Positions 1-13,100 of a stretch of 64,000 nt of DNA are shown here, piece after piece. Numbering within the stretch: position 1 is the stretch's first letter; each line of letters starts with the position of its first letter. The notes beneath the pieces were generated by a model. The model did not search any database. It was not told the DNA's origin and was given only the letters and a program-made list of their open reading frames with translations. The translations under genes were made by a program, and so were the position numbers. Location of the stretch: the NCBI RefSeq assembly GCF_032191835.1, contig NC_083239.1:56606001-56670000 (forward strand), read 5' to 3'. Source of the DNA: Heteronotia binoei. Taxonomy: Eukaryota.

Positions 1-3000
1 CCCTCCATCTCGGCCGTGACCCGGCGGCGCTTCACTGGGGCTGCGGTGGCGGGAGTCTCGTCTGCTGTGCTGCACAGAGCTGGGCCAACGAGAGGGAGGC
101 TCAGTCTGGCACAAAAGGGCTTTTGCAGCAGCCCTCCGAAAAGGACAAACAACTCCCCTGGCTTTGACGCTGATGCGGCAGTCTACGAGTCTGCAACCTT
201 ATCAACACTGTGCCTTTTCCGACCCCTCTGCAAGAGATAGGGAAAAGCAGGGCCCAACAGCAGGCACGCCTGCTAGCGATGAAGGGGGAGAAGTGGCTGC
301 ACCCCCCACCCCCCTCCCAGCTGTGGAATCTTGTGAGCAAAAATTCTACTTTGTGAGCTCCTGGCATGAAAGCTGTCAGCTGCTGTATACATTAGTTTGC
401 TCCGGAGCCCTCCTTCCTGAGCCGGAGGTAAAAAAACTGTGAGCTAGTTCATGCTAACTCAGCTTAGAAGGAACACTGACCCCTCAGCCACACAAAAGGA
501 AGTCATGGATGCAACCACTAGAGGGAAGCAGAGAGCTGTGCTCTGTAGAGCTTGAAAAGGAGGTGCTTGCAGTTCAGAAGAGACATTTGCTGGATTTCTA
601 AGAAGCCTTCAAATATGTTGATTACAACCACCACCCCTTTTTGTTTTCTGAAGCAGAAAAGGTGGTCTGGAGCATCTTCTCGGGCTCCAGTTCTGAGGAA
701 GGCCAGAGAGGGCAACTGGCACCGTCTCACTTGCCAAGGAGCAGCGGCCATCCCTCAGTCCAGCAAAGGACTGCACAGTTCCCCACTCAGCAACGCCCCT
801 CCCACTCCTGAGAGTTTTCTTCTCACATTCCCATTTCACAGGCGGGAAAGGAAACTGAGGCTCCTCTAGGGCGGAAGGGCTACCTGGGCCTTGGCCAAGC
901 CCTTCAACCCCTCTCTTTCCTGAGCGCCACCCTCTTGAGGGGGCAGTCAGGGGAGCTGGCAAGATCGGCTTGGTTCTGTACAAGAGCTGCACAAAGAAGC
1001 CGCCCCCCCCCCCAAGATATGCAAGACTCCTGTAGCTGCCCATGCCAGCCCCTGGCAGGTGCTTGGTGCAATGCCAAAGGACAGAGCCAACAGAGTGCAG
1101 CTACCAAAGCAGAGCATGAACACACACACACCCCAGTCACCTGCTTTGGCGTTCTTCACGGCCAGTTTGTTGGACACTGTGACGGAGATCTTGGAGGTGC
1201 TGCTGTCCGGCCTCCGGACAGGAGTGGACGGTGGGGAGTCTCTGCTGAGGCTGTTTGCGATCATCCTGCTGGCAGCTGCAGGGAGGGGAGTCGGCAGGGC
1301 CGGGTGGAGGAGCTGCTTCCAGCCACCAAACCCACACGCTGTCTCCCAGAATGGAGAAAAGGGCCCGCCCATCCCAGCAGCCCTCACTGCAGGCACGAGC
1401 CCTAGCAGCACCGTCACTTGGCCCTCCACTCGCACTTACCACTGGTGGCATTCCTGCGGAGCTCGGACTGGACGGTGCTTTGGCTGGAAGCAACGGACTC
1501 CGTGGCTGCCTTGCACATTTCCTAGAGATGGAGACAGCCGGGATGCAGCGGTCATTCCCCTGGCTCTGGCACTCGCACTCCCATGAAAGCACCAGGCTCA
1601 AATGGATCCCTGCCTCGAGGAGGTTCTCCAGGCTCAGCTGCTGATGCGCCAAATTCCTGCAGAGTCCTACGTAGGAAGGCCCCTGGCCTGGGCTGGCCTG
1701 GTGGTGTGCCAAGAGACCAGAGGGCCAGCTGGCTGCTCCTTTGTTGGGGCAAAACTCCAGCTCCTAATAAGCACTTACATGGCTCAGCAAGAGCACCAAG
1801 GATCACAAGAGTGGAACTCAAGGGCCATGCTGTCCAAACTGCTTCCATTCCTCCATGTAAATTCTGGGGCTGACACAAGGCCTTTAGAAGCCTGGGCGAC
1901 AAGGATTCTCCTGGCAGCTTCCTCTGCCAAGTGTCCCCCCCCCCCCCAGCTAGATGGATCCATTCGCCTCCTATATGTATGGCTGAGGATCCTGCCCAGA
2001 AAGCCAGGTGTTCTGGTAGCCTGCTTGACCCCTCCGCTGTGCCATTTCTGTTTCAAGCGTGGAAGGGGCAGAGTCACCTTTCTCCCCAGAGACCCACCTG
2101 CCTATAGACGACTTTGGCATGCTTGAGAATGGCGATGATGTCCCCGACCACGGTGACGCCCAGTTCGTTCAGGATCTCCTTGTTCAAGTCCATGAGCATG
2201 TTCTTCTGAATCCTGCAGGACACGTCAGCCAAGTGAGAGGGCTGCTGCATGGAACTCCTTGCAACCCGCCTGCCGTTTGAGCCTCGAGTGCCAGCCAGGG
2301 GAAAGGCGCTGCCAGACTTGGGGAAAGGCTAGCTGGTCCTCTACAGGAGTCGGCTGCAGGAAGAGCTCTTCCAAAGGGTACGTGTCCCCCCACCCCCACC
2401 ATGGCAAACTCTGCTTCTTCTGCCAGCAAGTTCTCCCAACGGCCTCTAAAAAGACCCACCAGGGGACCCCAACCACCACCTTCCCTGAATGCAGTTCAAG
2501 ATACGGCGGCTGCCAGCTGGGCAGGGTGCCTCCTGGCTGCCCCTCCAAGGGGCCCTCTCATACCTCCAGAGGGAGGGGATGGCTTTAAATAGACGGGAGC
2601 CGCCTTCCCATTGTCAGGCTAGACGCCTGCTCGGAGCCGCAGGAGGGGTGGGGGGTGCTGCTTAGGGCCAGCCCTGCCACTAGGCAAACTAGGTGACACC
2701 CCCCCCCCATGTGACTCAGTGCCAGAGAGCCCGGGGCCGGCCCTTGTGCTGCTGTGCTGAGCTCCAAGGTTATAAATAGAAAAGTGAAGCCCCCTCCCCC
2801 AGCCTCTCAGACCAGCTGTCTGCGTCTGGACCAGGGGCAGGAGAGAAGGGGGGAGGAGAGAAGGGTGGGGAAGGGGAGGGGGCCTGGGTCTCCCTCCCTC
2901 CCCCTGTGCCCTGAGAGGGGGTGGGGGAGGGGGTGGGGGTGGAGTGGGGTGGGTGGGAGGGGGGTCTTGGGGTCTCCCTCCCTCCCCCCGTGCCCTGAGA

Positions 3001-3345
3001 GGGGGAGGGAGAGAAGGGGGGAGGAGAGAAGGGTGGGGAAGGGGAGGGGGCCTGGGTCTCCCTCCCTCCCCCTGAGAGGGGGTGGGGGTGGGTGGGAGGG
3101 GGGTCTTGGGGGTCTCCCTCCCTCCCCCCCCCCCGTGCCCTGACCTGTTGTCGACGAACATGACGGCGTAGTTGACGGCGGGCCCGGGGGGGATGCCGGC
3201 CTCCTTGAAGAACTGGATCCACTCCGAGGTGGCTGCGGGAGGGAGGGAGGGAGGTGGGTGGGTGGGTGGGGGGTGGAAGGAAGGAAGCCCCCTCCCCACA
3301 ACACCCCCGCTGGGCCCCCCGCTCACCCATCGTGACGGACACCAT
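1..3345 (-). CDS. C19orf47: C19orf47 orthologue (SAM-like N-terminal domain protein), 5' part; runs off the window edge. Coding exons 3327-3345, 3145-3232, 2098-2212, 1440-1521, 1141-1275, 1-79 (truncated)
   Basis: Spliced translation MVSVTMATSEWIQFFKEAGIPPGPAVNYAVMFVDNRIQKNMLMDLNKEILNELGVTVVGDIIAILKHAKVVYRQEMCKAATES...AASRMIANSLSRDSPPSTPVRRPDSSTSKISVTVSNK...PVKRRRVTAEMEG closely matches human C19orf47 as I remember it. All introns are GT-AG with consistent phases. Confidence 0.95.
300..478. mobile_element. Short hAT-like MITE (family ending CTTAGA(A/G)GGAACACTG), partial copy
   Basis: Shares GAGCAAAAATTCTACTTTGTGAGCT...GCTAGTT...CTCAGCTTAGAAGGAACACTG with the copy at 46493-46708. Confidence 0.55.
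2820..3140. repeat. Imperfect G-rich tandem duplication (about 150-170 bp unit, 2 copies) in C19orf47 intron 2
   Basis: The block GGAGAGAAGGGGGGAGGAGAGAAGGGTGGGGAAGGGGAGGGGGCCTGGGTCTCCCTCCCTCCCCC occurs near 2841 and near 3008, each followed by GGGGGTCTTGGGG(G)TCTCCCTCCCTCCCCCC. Confidence 0.8.
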
Positions 3346-3349
3346 CGCG

Positions 3350-3530
3350 GCGGCGGCGGCGGCGCTCCCTCCTTCCTTCCTTCCCTCCCTCGGCAGCCGC
3401 CAGGCTCCAGCAGGCCGCGCCGGAAGTAGAAGGGCTCCCGGCAGGACTGACTTCCGGCAAGGCGCAGGCTCCTCTAGGCGCCCACCATAGAGGCCGGGAG
3501 GACCGCTCTTTCACGCCCGCTGTGCGGAGG
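3350..3530 (-). promoter_or_regulatory. C19orf47 CpG promoter with ETS/GABP-type sites
   Basis: CpG-rich sequence directly upstream of the ATG exon; CGGAAGT at 3421-3427 and ACTTCCGG at 3450-3457. Confidence 0.6.
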
Positions 3531-5397
3531 AGGCATTTCTCTCTATGCATCACTCCTCCAACCAAGTTGCTTTCTTTCCACCTCTCCCTGCCCCATATAG
3601 CTGCCTGCCTGCCTGCCTTCCTTGCAGCCCTCAAACATCTGAGGGTCATTCATTGTGGCGCTTACCTGAAGCGAGTTTGGCCACTCCCGCAACTGAATCA
3701 GAGAATCCCAGAGTTGGAAGACGGGGCGGTAGAGGCCGTCTAGTCCAACCCCGATTGCATGATCAGCCTACATCACCCCTGGCAAACTCCCAGCGGGGGA
3801 ATTCCAGCAGGAGACACTGCTGCCCGCCCTGCACTAGCTCCAAACCAGCCGTTCTCTACAGCAGACAGAGCAGATTTCTGTAATCCGGGAGATCTCCAGG
3901 CCCCACCTGGAGGCTGCCACCAAGACCAAAAAGCTGTGAATATAACCAACTAATAAATCATAATATATTCTAGAAAACATTTACGCCAAAAATTCACAAC
4001 AACATACTTGCCAAAAACATAGGAGGTATGAAGTTAATCTTTTAATAATAATAATAATAAGTCTCAATAAAGTGCAATATCATATACAGCTTTGTTTCAA
4101 GCCTTTTTCAGAATCCATTAAATACGAACAATTCCCAGCTCCTTAGAACAATTGGCACTTGAGACCTTGCTGCTGCTTTGGAAATGATCTGGCCTTATAG
4201 GATGCCTCTCTGAAGAAGCTTTAACAAGAAAGGCGTCCACAAGTTGACAGCATTTCTTAGAGGCTTGCTATTGTCCCTTCTACCCTGGGCAGAATCATGA
4301 CAAACACGCATGAAACTGAAAGGAGTGACATCCTTTGAAGCACTTTATTGGACCACCACAAGCACTTTTGTTCTAAGGAGCCAGATTTACATTATAAAAT
4401 AGTAACTTTATACCTCCTGTGCTTTTGCCAAGTGAATTTGACATACATGTTTTCTTGACTGTCGTATAGTTACTTATAATCACGGCTTTCGGTTCTTGGG
4501 TGCAACTTCCATCCCGAGAATCTCTCCAGAGGGTGCCCAGCAGGAGGCTGGCAGCCTAACTGGCCACAGGGGTGGTGAGCGATGCACCCGCAAGGGCTGC
4601 CAGGCCTGGGTTGGAAATACCTGGAGACCTAGAGGGTGGTGGGGCTTGCAGAGGGGAGGGTTAAAGCCTCAACAGGGCTCTTTTTGAAGAAAAAGCCCAA
4701 CAGGAACTCATTTGCCTATTAGGCCACACCCCCTGCCACCAAGCCAGCTGGGACTGTGTTCCTGTACATTCCTGCTCCCAAAAGCCCTGGGCCTCCCTGA
4801 ATGGTGCAATGCAAGGGAAATGATGGTTTCGGTCTTGTCCCTTCGCCAGCCTGAGCTCTCCACAACCATCTTTTCACGGAGCCAGAGAGAAATACTTTTA
4901 CTTTTGGATCAAGGCATTTTTTTGCTCTGCACTGGTGCGTTGAGCCAAAAGTAAAAGTATTTCTCTGTGGCTCCATGAAAAGATGGTTGTGAAGATCTCA
5001 TACTTTCTGCAGGGGAGCTGAGCTCTGCCAGCTGGAGGCCAGTTGTAAAAGCAGGAGATCTCCAGGCCCCACCTGGAGGCTGGCAACCCTAGTGCTCCCT
5101 CCAGTCCAAGCTGGCCTCACTTGCCCAGAAGCCCAGCCAAGCCAGGCGAGAAGCTGGGCGAGCAGCACTTTTGCTGCTGACTGGGGGGGGGGGGGGGAAG
5201 AGAACAGAAGCAGATCTCCAGCTGCCCCCCTCCCCCGCAGCCTCACCAGTGGGGAGGCTCAAGCAGCAGCTGCTGGGGGTGACTCTGGAGAGCAGCTCCG
5301 TGTCTGTGAGGAGAGCAGGCGGACTTGACGGCCGAGGGTCTCATTCAGTAGAAGGCGGCTGCAGGTGTTCATCTCCTGGAATTTTTTTTGGGGGGGA

Positions 5398-5590
5398 GGG
5401 GGGCTGTGGCTCGGTGGCAGAGCCTCTGCTTGGCATGCAGATAGTCCCTGGTTCAATCCCGGCATCTCCAGCTAAAAGAACCAGGCGGGGGGTAACTTGA
5501 GAAGCCTCTCTCTGAGACGCTGGAGAGTCACTGCTGGTCTGCGTAGACAAGACTGACCTTGAGGCACGGAGGGTCCGAGTCAGCAGAGAG
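5398..5590 (+). mobile_element. tRNA-derived squamate SINE (Squam3-like)
   Basis: Head GGGGCTGTGGCTCGGTGGCAGAGC (A box) and GGTTCAATCCC (B box), then a body ...CTGGAGAGTCACTGCTGGTCTGCGTAGACAAGACTGAC shared with other copies near 9183, 14217, 15258, 48005 and 49600. Confidence 0.75.
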
Positions 5591-6020
5591 CTGTGTGTGT
5601 GTGTTTGCACACCAATTTGTGTGTCTCAGCAGCTGCCAGTATCACTGTTCCTCCTCAGTTTTGGAGCACATCATGGGGCTGTAAGCTGGAGGTTCCATTC
5701 CAGGCAGCCATCCCTCCCTCCCCCCGCCCCGGTTGCCCGTGGGGCTTGCTGTGGTCCGGGGTGCTAAAAGTTTGTTTGGGCCCCTTTCCTTTCCTATTGG
5801 GGAGGCTGTAAAACGTTCTAAGCCAAGGACTGGTGTTAGTAAAGGCAGGCAGAGGGGCAAAGGTCGCAGAGACCCACCTCTGACCCTGGCCTTACCACTG
5901 GTCCCCCCCCCGCCCCCCGCCCGTGGCACAGAGCGCTTTCCCCCAGCAGCTGCAGCCCTTCCTGGAGCAGCCAGGTCAGGGGGTCCAAATGAATTCTCTA
6001 GGAGGCTGCCAATGAACACA

Positions 6021-6026
6021 TTTATT
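6021..6026 (-). terminator. Candidate PLD3 polyadenylation signal
   Basis: AATAAA on the minus strand about 1.1 kb downstream of the PLD3 stop codon. Confidence 0.45.
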
Positions 6027-7166
6027 TTGGGAGGTGTGCTGTTCAGTACAAAATATGTTCCAGGAACCCACAGCACTAACACACAGGGCCAACAGAACCG
6101 TTACAGGAAAATTTAAAACGGAATAAACATTCAGACCACACTTTAACACAAGGGACCTAGTTCTAATCAGAGGGGCTTCAGGCATTCATTCAAAGGCCCT
6201 TCTGCCAGCGCTGGAAGGGCTGCAATGAGTAGGTGCACCCCCAAGGCCCCCCAGCAGAACACACGGAGGCCTGCCCCAGTGTTGCCTTGGGGGTCTCAAG
6301 TGTGTGGGGCAGGTCCTTTGAGGCCACTGAAGAGCCAAACCTGCTCCGGGCTTCTAAAACCCACCTAGACCGAGATTCCCTCCCATGAGGACCCACTGCG
6401 GCCCGATCCTGGCCTTTCTTCAAGGTGCTCAGAGAGCCCGGTCAGTCTGGCTGCAGCTGGACTCCCCAACTCTGCCCGTTCCTCGTGCTCAGGCAGAACA
6501 AAGCAGAAGCACCGTTTAGCCCAACCAAGTTTTCTTCAGAGTGTTCTGAGTAAGCCATCTAGAGCTCAGGGAGACAGACAGGCAGGGGTCTCCACCCTTT
6601 ATCTTCAGCACAGAGGTGCCATAAGAGTAAGGCGGTCTGGCTGGCTTTCTTTAAGCAGCGCCCAACCAGGGTCTTCTGTATTTGTTGTGGATGAGGGGAG
6701 GAACAGCCACAGACTCCAGTGGGGAGTTGCGCTGCTGGGATGGCGAACTCCCTCTCTGCACTGGTTCCTTGTGTGTGTGTTGAAACGGGAGGAGAGAAAG
6801 AGAGAGAAGACCCCCTCCCTTGCCCTTGGCTTGACCCTTTACCCCTCCCCTAAAAGAAAATCCTTTGGAAGGCAGGCAGGATGCCTCCCCCCCTCCCCCT
6901 GTAGCAGGCTGAGCTCTCTGCTTTCCAGCAGCACAGCAGCAGCATGGGAGGCTGGAAGAGGAAGAGGAGGGAGGCTCTCTGTTCCCCTCACTCGACACTT
7001 TGCCCCCCCCCCAAGAGGCTGCTGCTGCCGCAGGGCCTGGTTTGCTCCCAGGAGGGCAGTTTCCCCTGGCCCTGGGAAGGCCGGCTGTTCCTCTGAGCGT
7101 GGGACAAGCGACGCTCTGGCCTTCCTCAGGAGATGACAGTGTCCTGCCAGAGGTGGGAGCCTGCGG

Positions 7167-10100
7167 TCAGTGGCCCCCGCACAGATCCTCCGGCTGGCCC
7201 AGCAAGCTCAGCTCCCGGCTGTAGCGTGAATTCCAGTCCCGCTCAAACACGGCCTCCAGCTGATCACGGACAGTTGGCTGGTTGCTGTCTTCCACCTGGC
7301 TCTGATTGACCACCAGAGCAGACCCGGCCGTGTGGAGGAAGTAGTCCCCGGACCAGTTGGAGGTGCCTGCCGGGAGGGAGGGAGGGCTGAGGGGGCAGCC
7401 CAAGGAGGACACTTTGCCCCCCTCACTCCGATGGAGCCAGCAGGGTCTGGGCGGGTCTTCCAAGATGACCCCAGCTCCTGCCAGCTCTCCCCCCACTCCA
7501 CTCCCCAGCTGCTCCTGTTCTAAAGCCACTTCTGGTTCTGGGCCTTCCTTCCCCGCGGCCGGCTGAGTTCCCGTTTTGGAAGGGGCTGTCCTGCTAGCCC
7601 TCCTGGGCCTGCCGCAAAGCCACTCCCCCTTTCCCCACCACGGCTCCCGTGGCCCTGCCTGCTCCTCTCGTGGAGCCCCCCCCCCTTCTGCGGGGCTCTC
7701 CCGCCACTCACCGATGTAGGCCACCTGGTCTGACACCATGTACTTATTGTGGTTCACCCGGGCGTAGGGGATCTGGGCCTGCGTCTCATTGGCTGGGACC
7801 ACAAAGAGCCTCTGGAAGAGGAAAGGAGAGGAAGGGGGCAATCATAGGCCCCGGAGAAGAGGAGGCTGAAAGGGGCAGCCCCCCACCCCTCTTTATCCCT
7901 CCCCCTCCGCACAAACAATGAAGAAGCTGCAGCTCTGGACAAGAGGAAACTGAGAGGGGAAAGCTGGAGGTTGCTAAGTGTCCCCCCCACTTTTCCTTCG
8001 AGCAGCTCAAAGAGGCAGCATCCGCGGCTGTCCCTTCTTTCCACACAAGAACCCTGCAAGGGAGGTTCAGCTGAGAGAGAGTGAGCGTGCGAGAAAGACA
8101 GAAAATGGGAGAACATGCCCAAACGGACTGAAAATTGTCAACTGGGCAGCTTCCTCCTCAGGCATCCTGCTTTGCTCGATTTTAACAGCCGGTGGGGATT
8201 CTCTGCTCCCCCCCTCCCCCTTCAACTGCAGGAGTTCTGAACACCTTTGCTTGCGTTCTCTCCTTCAGCTGGAAAATGAGCCCTCAAAGGAGAGTCCTCC
8301 AAGCACAAGTCAAGTGGTCTGCCCTTTCCCTCTGGGGCCACAAGAGCCCTGGGAATTGTGGGAAACAGTGGCCTGGAGAAACAGAGAACTCCTCAAGGCA
8401 GGCCAGACAGGGGCTCTGAGAGCGGACGCTGGGCACTGGGTGCAAAGAAATCTGCTTCGCCCTGCTTTCTTCTGGGGATGGCAAAGAGCCGTGCAACTTC
8501 TTTTGAGTTCCTTAAATATATTTGGTTTCACTTTCCAGTCTCCTGTCGTGCCTTGGGATTTGCAACCGCAGCGCCTGTGCTCCACATTTCCTAGAGCGAC
8601 ACCCACGCAGCCCAGGCATTCCTACAGAAGGACTTCCAGGTAGTCCAGAAGCCAGAAGAATCAGTGGCAGTGTGCATTAAGGGTCGCGACCCCCCTCCGC
8701 ATTCTGAGAAATGGTGAAGGCTGCAAGTAGAAGGTTAAGAAGCAGAGCCCCCTGCCCCACATCTCCCGCCCCCCGCTCTGCTCTTCCAGGTCTGTTCTCT
8801 GGGCTGGCTTGGTCCTGACAACCAGGCCTCTGAGCAGAACAGACGCGGCTGTCTCCCAGGGCAGAGAGACCCCCTAGAAGACCCTCACCACTTCGATGCT
8901 GTAGCCGGTGCGATGGTCCTGCATAGCTGCCAATGAGCGCAGGAAGGGGAACACGGCAGCCTTGGTGTGCTTCCAGCAGGCAACCAGGAGGCGGACACGA
9001 ACTCGCCGCTCATAGGCCACCTTCCGGAGGTGGTCATCGATCACCGGCCAGAACCTGAGGGGAGGACAAGCCGGGATGGTCTCTTGCATCACCTGCAAGC
9101 AGAGGTCCCCTGGGGGGGGGGGGAGTTCAGCAGTGAGGGCAGAGGGGGTGTCTGAGGGATAAGAACGGCTCTCACGAGGAGTGAGGCTGTGGCTCACTGG
9201 CCAGGCCTCTGCTTGGCAGGCAGAAGGTCCCCTGTTCAATTCCCAGCAGCCTCTCCAGGTAAAACAGACCCGGGCAGGGGGTGAGGGGAAAGACCTTTCT
9301 CTGCCACTCTGAGCAGGCAACACAGGCCGTGGGGGAGCGAAGGCCAGACTGGAAAGAAGGGCGCTTCCTGCATCCATCTCTTCAGCAGGGGGGGGGGGCT
9401 GGGCAGCCTTTGGCCCCTCAACCCATTCAGCTCTGTTGGGCACTTCTGGGGATGTTTTTCTATCCTGTCTCCTCATGCTGAAGCTGATGTTTGGGGCTGC
9501 CCCATAAGCAGCGCCTCAGTGAGAGAGAACTTCTCTGCCATTACAGCACCCAATCACCAGACGACCCTGGAAAGCCCCCAGGAGAAAAGGGTACGGAGGA
9601 CGGAGCAGGGGAGGCCCCATCGTGGCTGCCGGAATCCCTTTTTCCTGGGTGCCATCCAGGCAGATAACCGCTACGTGAGACAAGAGACGCCTGAGGCAAG
9701 GCTGGGACACCTGACAGCCAAATGCGGGAGAAGAGCGACCCTGTCACTCGCCCCTTACAAGTTCCCCTGCTGGACAAGAGGCAACCAATTCCTCCCTCCA
9801 AGGCAGGGACGGAGTCTGACCATGGGGCGGGGGGGAACTTGGGGTGTGGCCTGCCCCCCGCCAGCCCCCGGTTACCTCCTGGGGTGCGAGAACTCCATGG
9901 TGGGCAAGTAGCTCATGACAGCCACGTAGACAAACTCCTGGGCCCCGTCGATGACGCTCAGCACGGCCTCGAGGTCTCTGGTCCGCCCCGTAGGACACAG
10001 CGCTGGTGGGGAGCTCTGGAGGCAACACGAGAGGAAGGAGCAGAGAGGGGCCAGTCAGGAGGGGCACACTGGCCCAAGGAGGGGGGGAGGGGAGGGCACA

Positions 10101-13100
10101 GCAAGGGAGGGGTTGTCCACCCCACCCCTTGCTTTTGAGTGCAGATGCCAGAGACTGCCTGCCAGAATGCAGGTCTTTGGGAGTGGAGCACACTCTTCAC
10201 ACACGCCCTGCCCCGAGTTGAGGTCACCACCTTGGGCCTCCTGCCAGAACTGAATATCCCAGCAGTCAGAGGGGAGAGGAGCTCCCAGGGGAGAGCCTGC
10301 GCCTTCGACCCCACTCCCACTGAGAGAGAGACAGAGAGAGCATCAGCAGCCGGAGCTGCAGGGCACCACGTGCCAACTCACTGAAAGATACACGCCGGCG
10401 TCGGTGCCATTCAGCTGCAGGGCCAGGGGGGTCTCCTTGTTGTAGGGGGTGGAGAAGTTGGCAGGCCAGGGCGAGGGGAGGGTGGCGTTGGGCAGCCCCA
10501 GGGCCCAGTAGACCTCAAAGAGTTTGCCCAGGTCCTGGGCCAAGCAGCTGCAGTTGTAGATGGCCACGCCCAGCTCCTTCACCTGGGGACCAAGCAGGAG
10601 ATGCTGCTGGCTGCTCCAGAGGACACAGCAGCCTCCCCAGGCAGCCCCAGAGGCACAGCTTGCCCAGCTGCTGGCTGAATGGTGCCCCCCTTCCCTCCCC
10701 TCCTCACTCAGGCTCGTAGGTGGGAAGGGGAAGTCACCTGGGTGAGGGCTCGCCAGTCCATGTTTGCGCTCCCGAGGTAGATGTGCATCTGGTCCACGAT
10801 CCAGAACTTGGTGTGGAGGACTCCAGATGTCAGCCGCGGCAGGTCTACTTTGCGAATCTGTGCTCCTGGAGGGATCCAGAGGGACACAGAGGGCCCTTGC
10901 ACTCAAAGTGGGGCTCTCTGCCCCCCTCCTGTGTGCCCCCCACAAGGGGCAGCCCCTTCCCCACACTCACCACTCTCCTCCAGGGCCAGGAGGTCCGTGC
11001 TGGGCAGCCTGGAAGAAGGCGGGTTGACTGCGATCCGTGGGGTGATGCCTCTCTGGGGCAGCTTCAGCAGCTCGGCCAGGATCTCTTCCCCCTGGGGGAT
11101 TCAGAGGGAGGCTGAGACCCACCAGAGCAGGAGGAAGAAGCAGCCCCATCCCCTTCCCTGCCTGCCTCCCCAGCAAGCCACCTGGAGCCCGTGGCTGTGG
11201 TGTCATGAGAAGGCAGGGGCACTGACCTGCCAGTGGGGCCCAGAGTCCTTTCAGCTGGCACTGCAGGAGGAAGCAACTGGGGGGCTCCCCCTGACCTGTG
11301 CCACCCCCCAGCGCCTGGGACACTCTGAAGCCCCCCTGGCACCCAGCCAGTGGCAAGGCAAGGAGGTATTCTGCCGCCCCAAACAAGCAGTGAAGCAGGG
11401 CTGGGTTCAGGCCTGGCAGGGGGCAGCCCCACTGCTCCTGTGGGGAACGTATGCCATGGCGACATTATTTCCAGGGGAACAGCTTGACTGTGGGACCAGG
11501 GGGCCCCCAAAGACTCTCTTTTGGCTGGAAGTCCCACATAGTTTGCTCAACAGCAGCAAAGAGTTGTTTACAGACAGACAGACAGACACGCACAGAGCTG
11601 GCCTTCAGGCTGCCAGTTCAGCCCCAGCTGAGCCAGGATGCTACTTGGGGGTGGACCAGCCAGAAGCATTCTGGGCGGAAGCAACCTGGCCCCTGGCTGG
11701 ATCTCATCAAACCTGACATGGATTGTGCCGGTTGCATTCCTGAGCTCCTCCTCTTTGTTAGGTTTGTGTTTCTTTTTCATTCAACTGGAAGGAGAGCGGT
11801 AGGCTTTGGCCAACACAAGCTGCTACCAGCTGGTAACGTCACCAAGGGAAGAAACCTTCTAGGAAACCCTGAGCTTGATTTATGGGTTCCCACAGATGTT
11901 GGACTGCTGTGACACAGCTTCCAAATTTTATCAACAGCCTTTGCTGCCCAGAGCCTCAACCAATGGATGTTCCGCTTCCCTCCCTCCCTCAAAGGGCCCT
12001 TTCACGGACTCCCAGGCTGACTGGCAGTTTGCGGCTGTGCAGTTACATGCCTGTTTGCAAGAGCATCGATCCTGCCATGGTGCTGAGGGCACGGCAGTTA
12101 ATCCAGGCGTCTCAGGTCAGAGAGCTGCTCTTGCCACCCCCCCTCGCCAAGAGACGTTGCTCTGCAGTCAGAGAGAAGAGCTTCCCCAGGAAGGCCAGCT
12201 GGGAAAGGTGCGGCATCCACCTTTGCAAAGGGGTGGCTACCTGGCTGGCTGAGGGGTCGTGCCATTGGCTACCTGGCTGGCTGAGGGGTCGTGGGTGCGG
12301 GTGTCTTTGTTCTGGAGGGTCCAGTAGAAGGCTGCGATGTCCACAGTGCTCCTGGCCTCCGCAATGAGGTTTGCCCAAGCCTGGAAGGTGGAGGGGTTGG
12401 TGGTGCTGTTCTCCTCGTACACCAGCCCCTCAGGGATACTCTCCACCAGCACGAACCTAGAGGGAAGAAAGACCTCAGAGGGTGGCGGGCAGGGCAGGGC
12501 AGCCCATCTCTCTGGGGAGCACGCAGGACTCTGCCCCACCCGGCCCTTACAGGACCCCTCAGAAGACACATTGCCTGCCTGCCTGAGCCCATCAGTTCCT
12601 CTCTGGGGTATCCTTTAGACCCAAGTGGGCAGCCCTGTCGGTCCAAAGCAGCAGAACAAAGCTGGAGTCCAGTCAGGCACCCTGAAGACCAGCAGAGGTT
12701 TAATCACTGCTGCTTAATCTGACAGCAAGGAAGATCCTGTGAGTTTAGGGGGAGGGACTTGTGAGTTTCCTGCATTGTGAAGGGGTTGGACTAGATGACC
12801 CTGGAGGTCCCTTCCAACTCTAGGATTCTAGGATTCTTCAGGAGGTGGTGGGCTCCTTCCTTGGAGGTTTTTAAGCAGAGGCTGGATGGCCCTCTGACAG
12901 CAGTGAAGATCCTGTGAATTTAGGGGGAGGTGTCTGCGAGTTTCCTGCATTGTGCAGGGGGTTGGACTAGATGGCCCTGGAGGTCCCTTCCAACTCTTCT
13001 ATGATTCTAATAGGCTTCCTCCTTGAGAGGTGGTGGAGATTTTTCAACAGAGGCTAGATGGCCATCTGACAGCAATGAGGATCCTGTGAATGTAGAAGGA

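Noticed and set aside
5398-5475. tRNA-like sequences (also near 14217, 15260, 48150-48320, 49750, 55085)
   Set aside because: They continue into shared SINE bodies and lack a complete cloverleaf; they are SINE heads, not tRNA genes.
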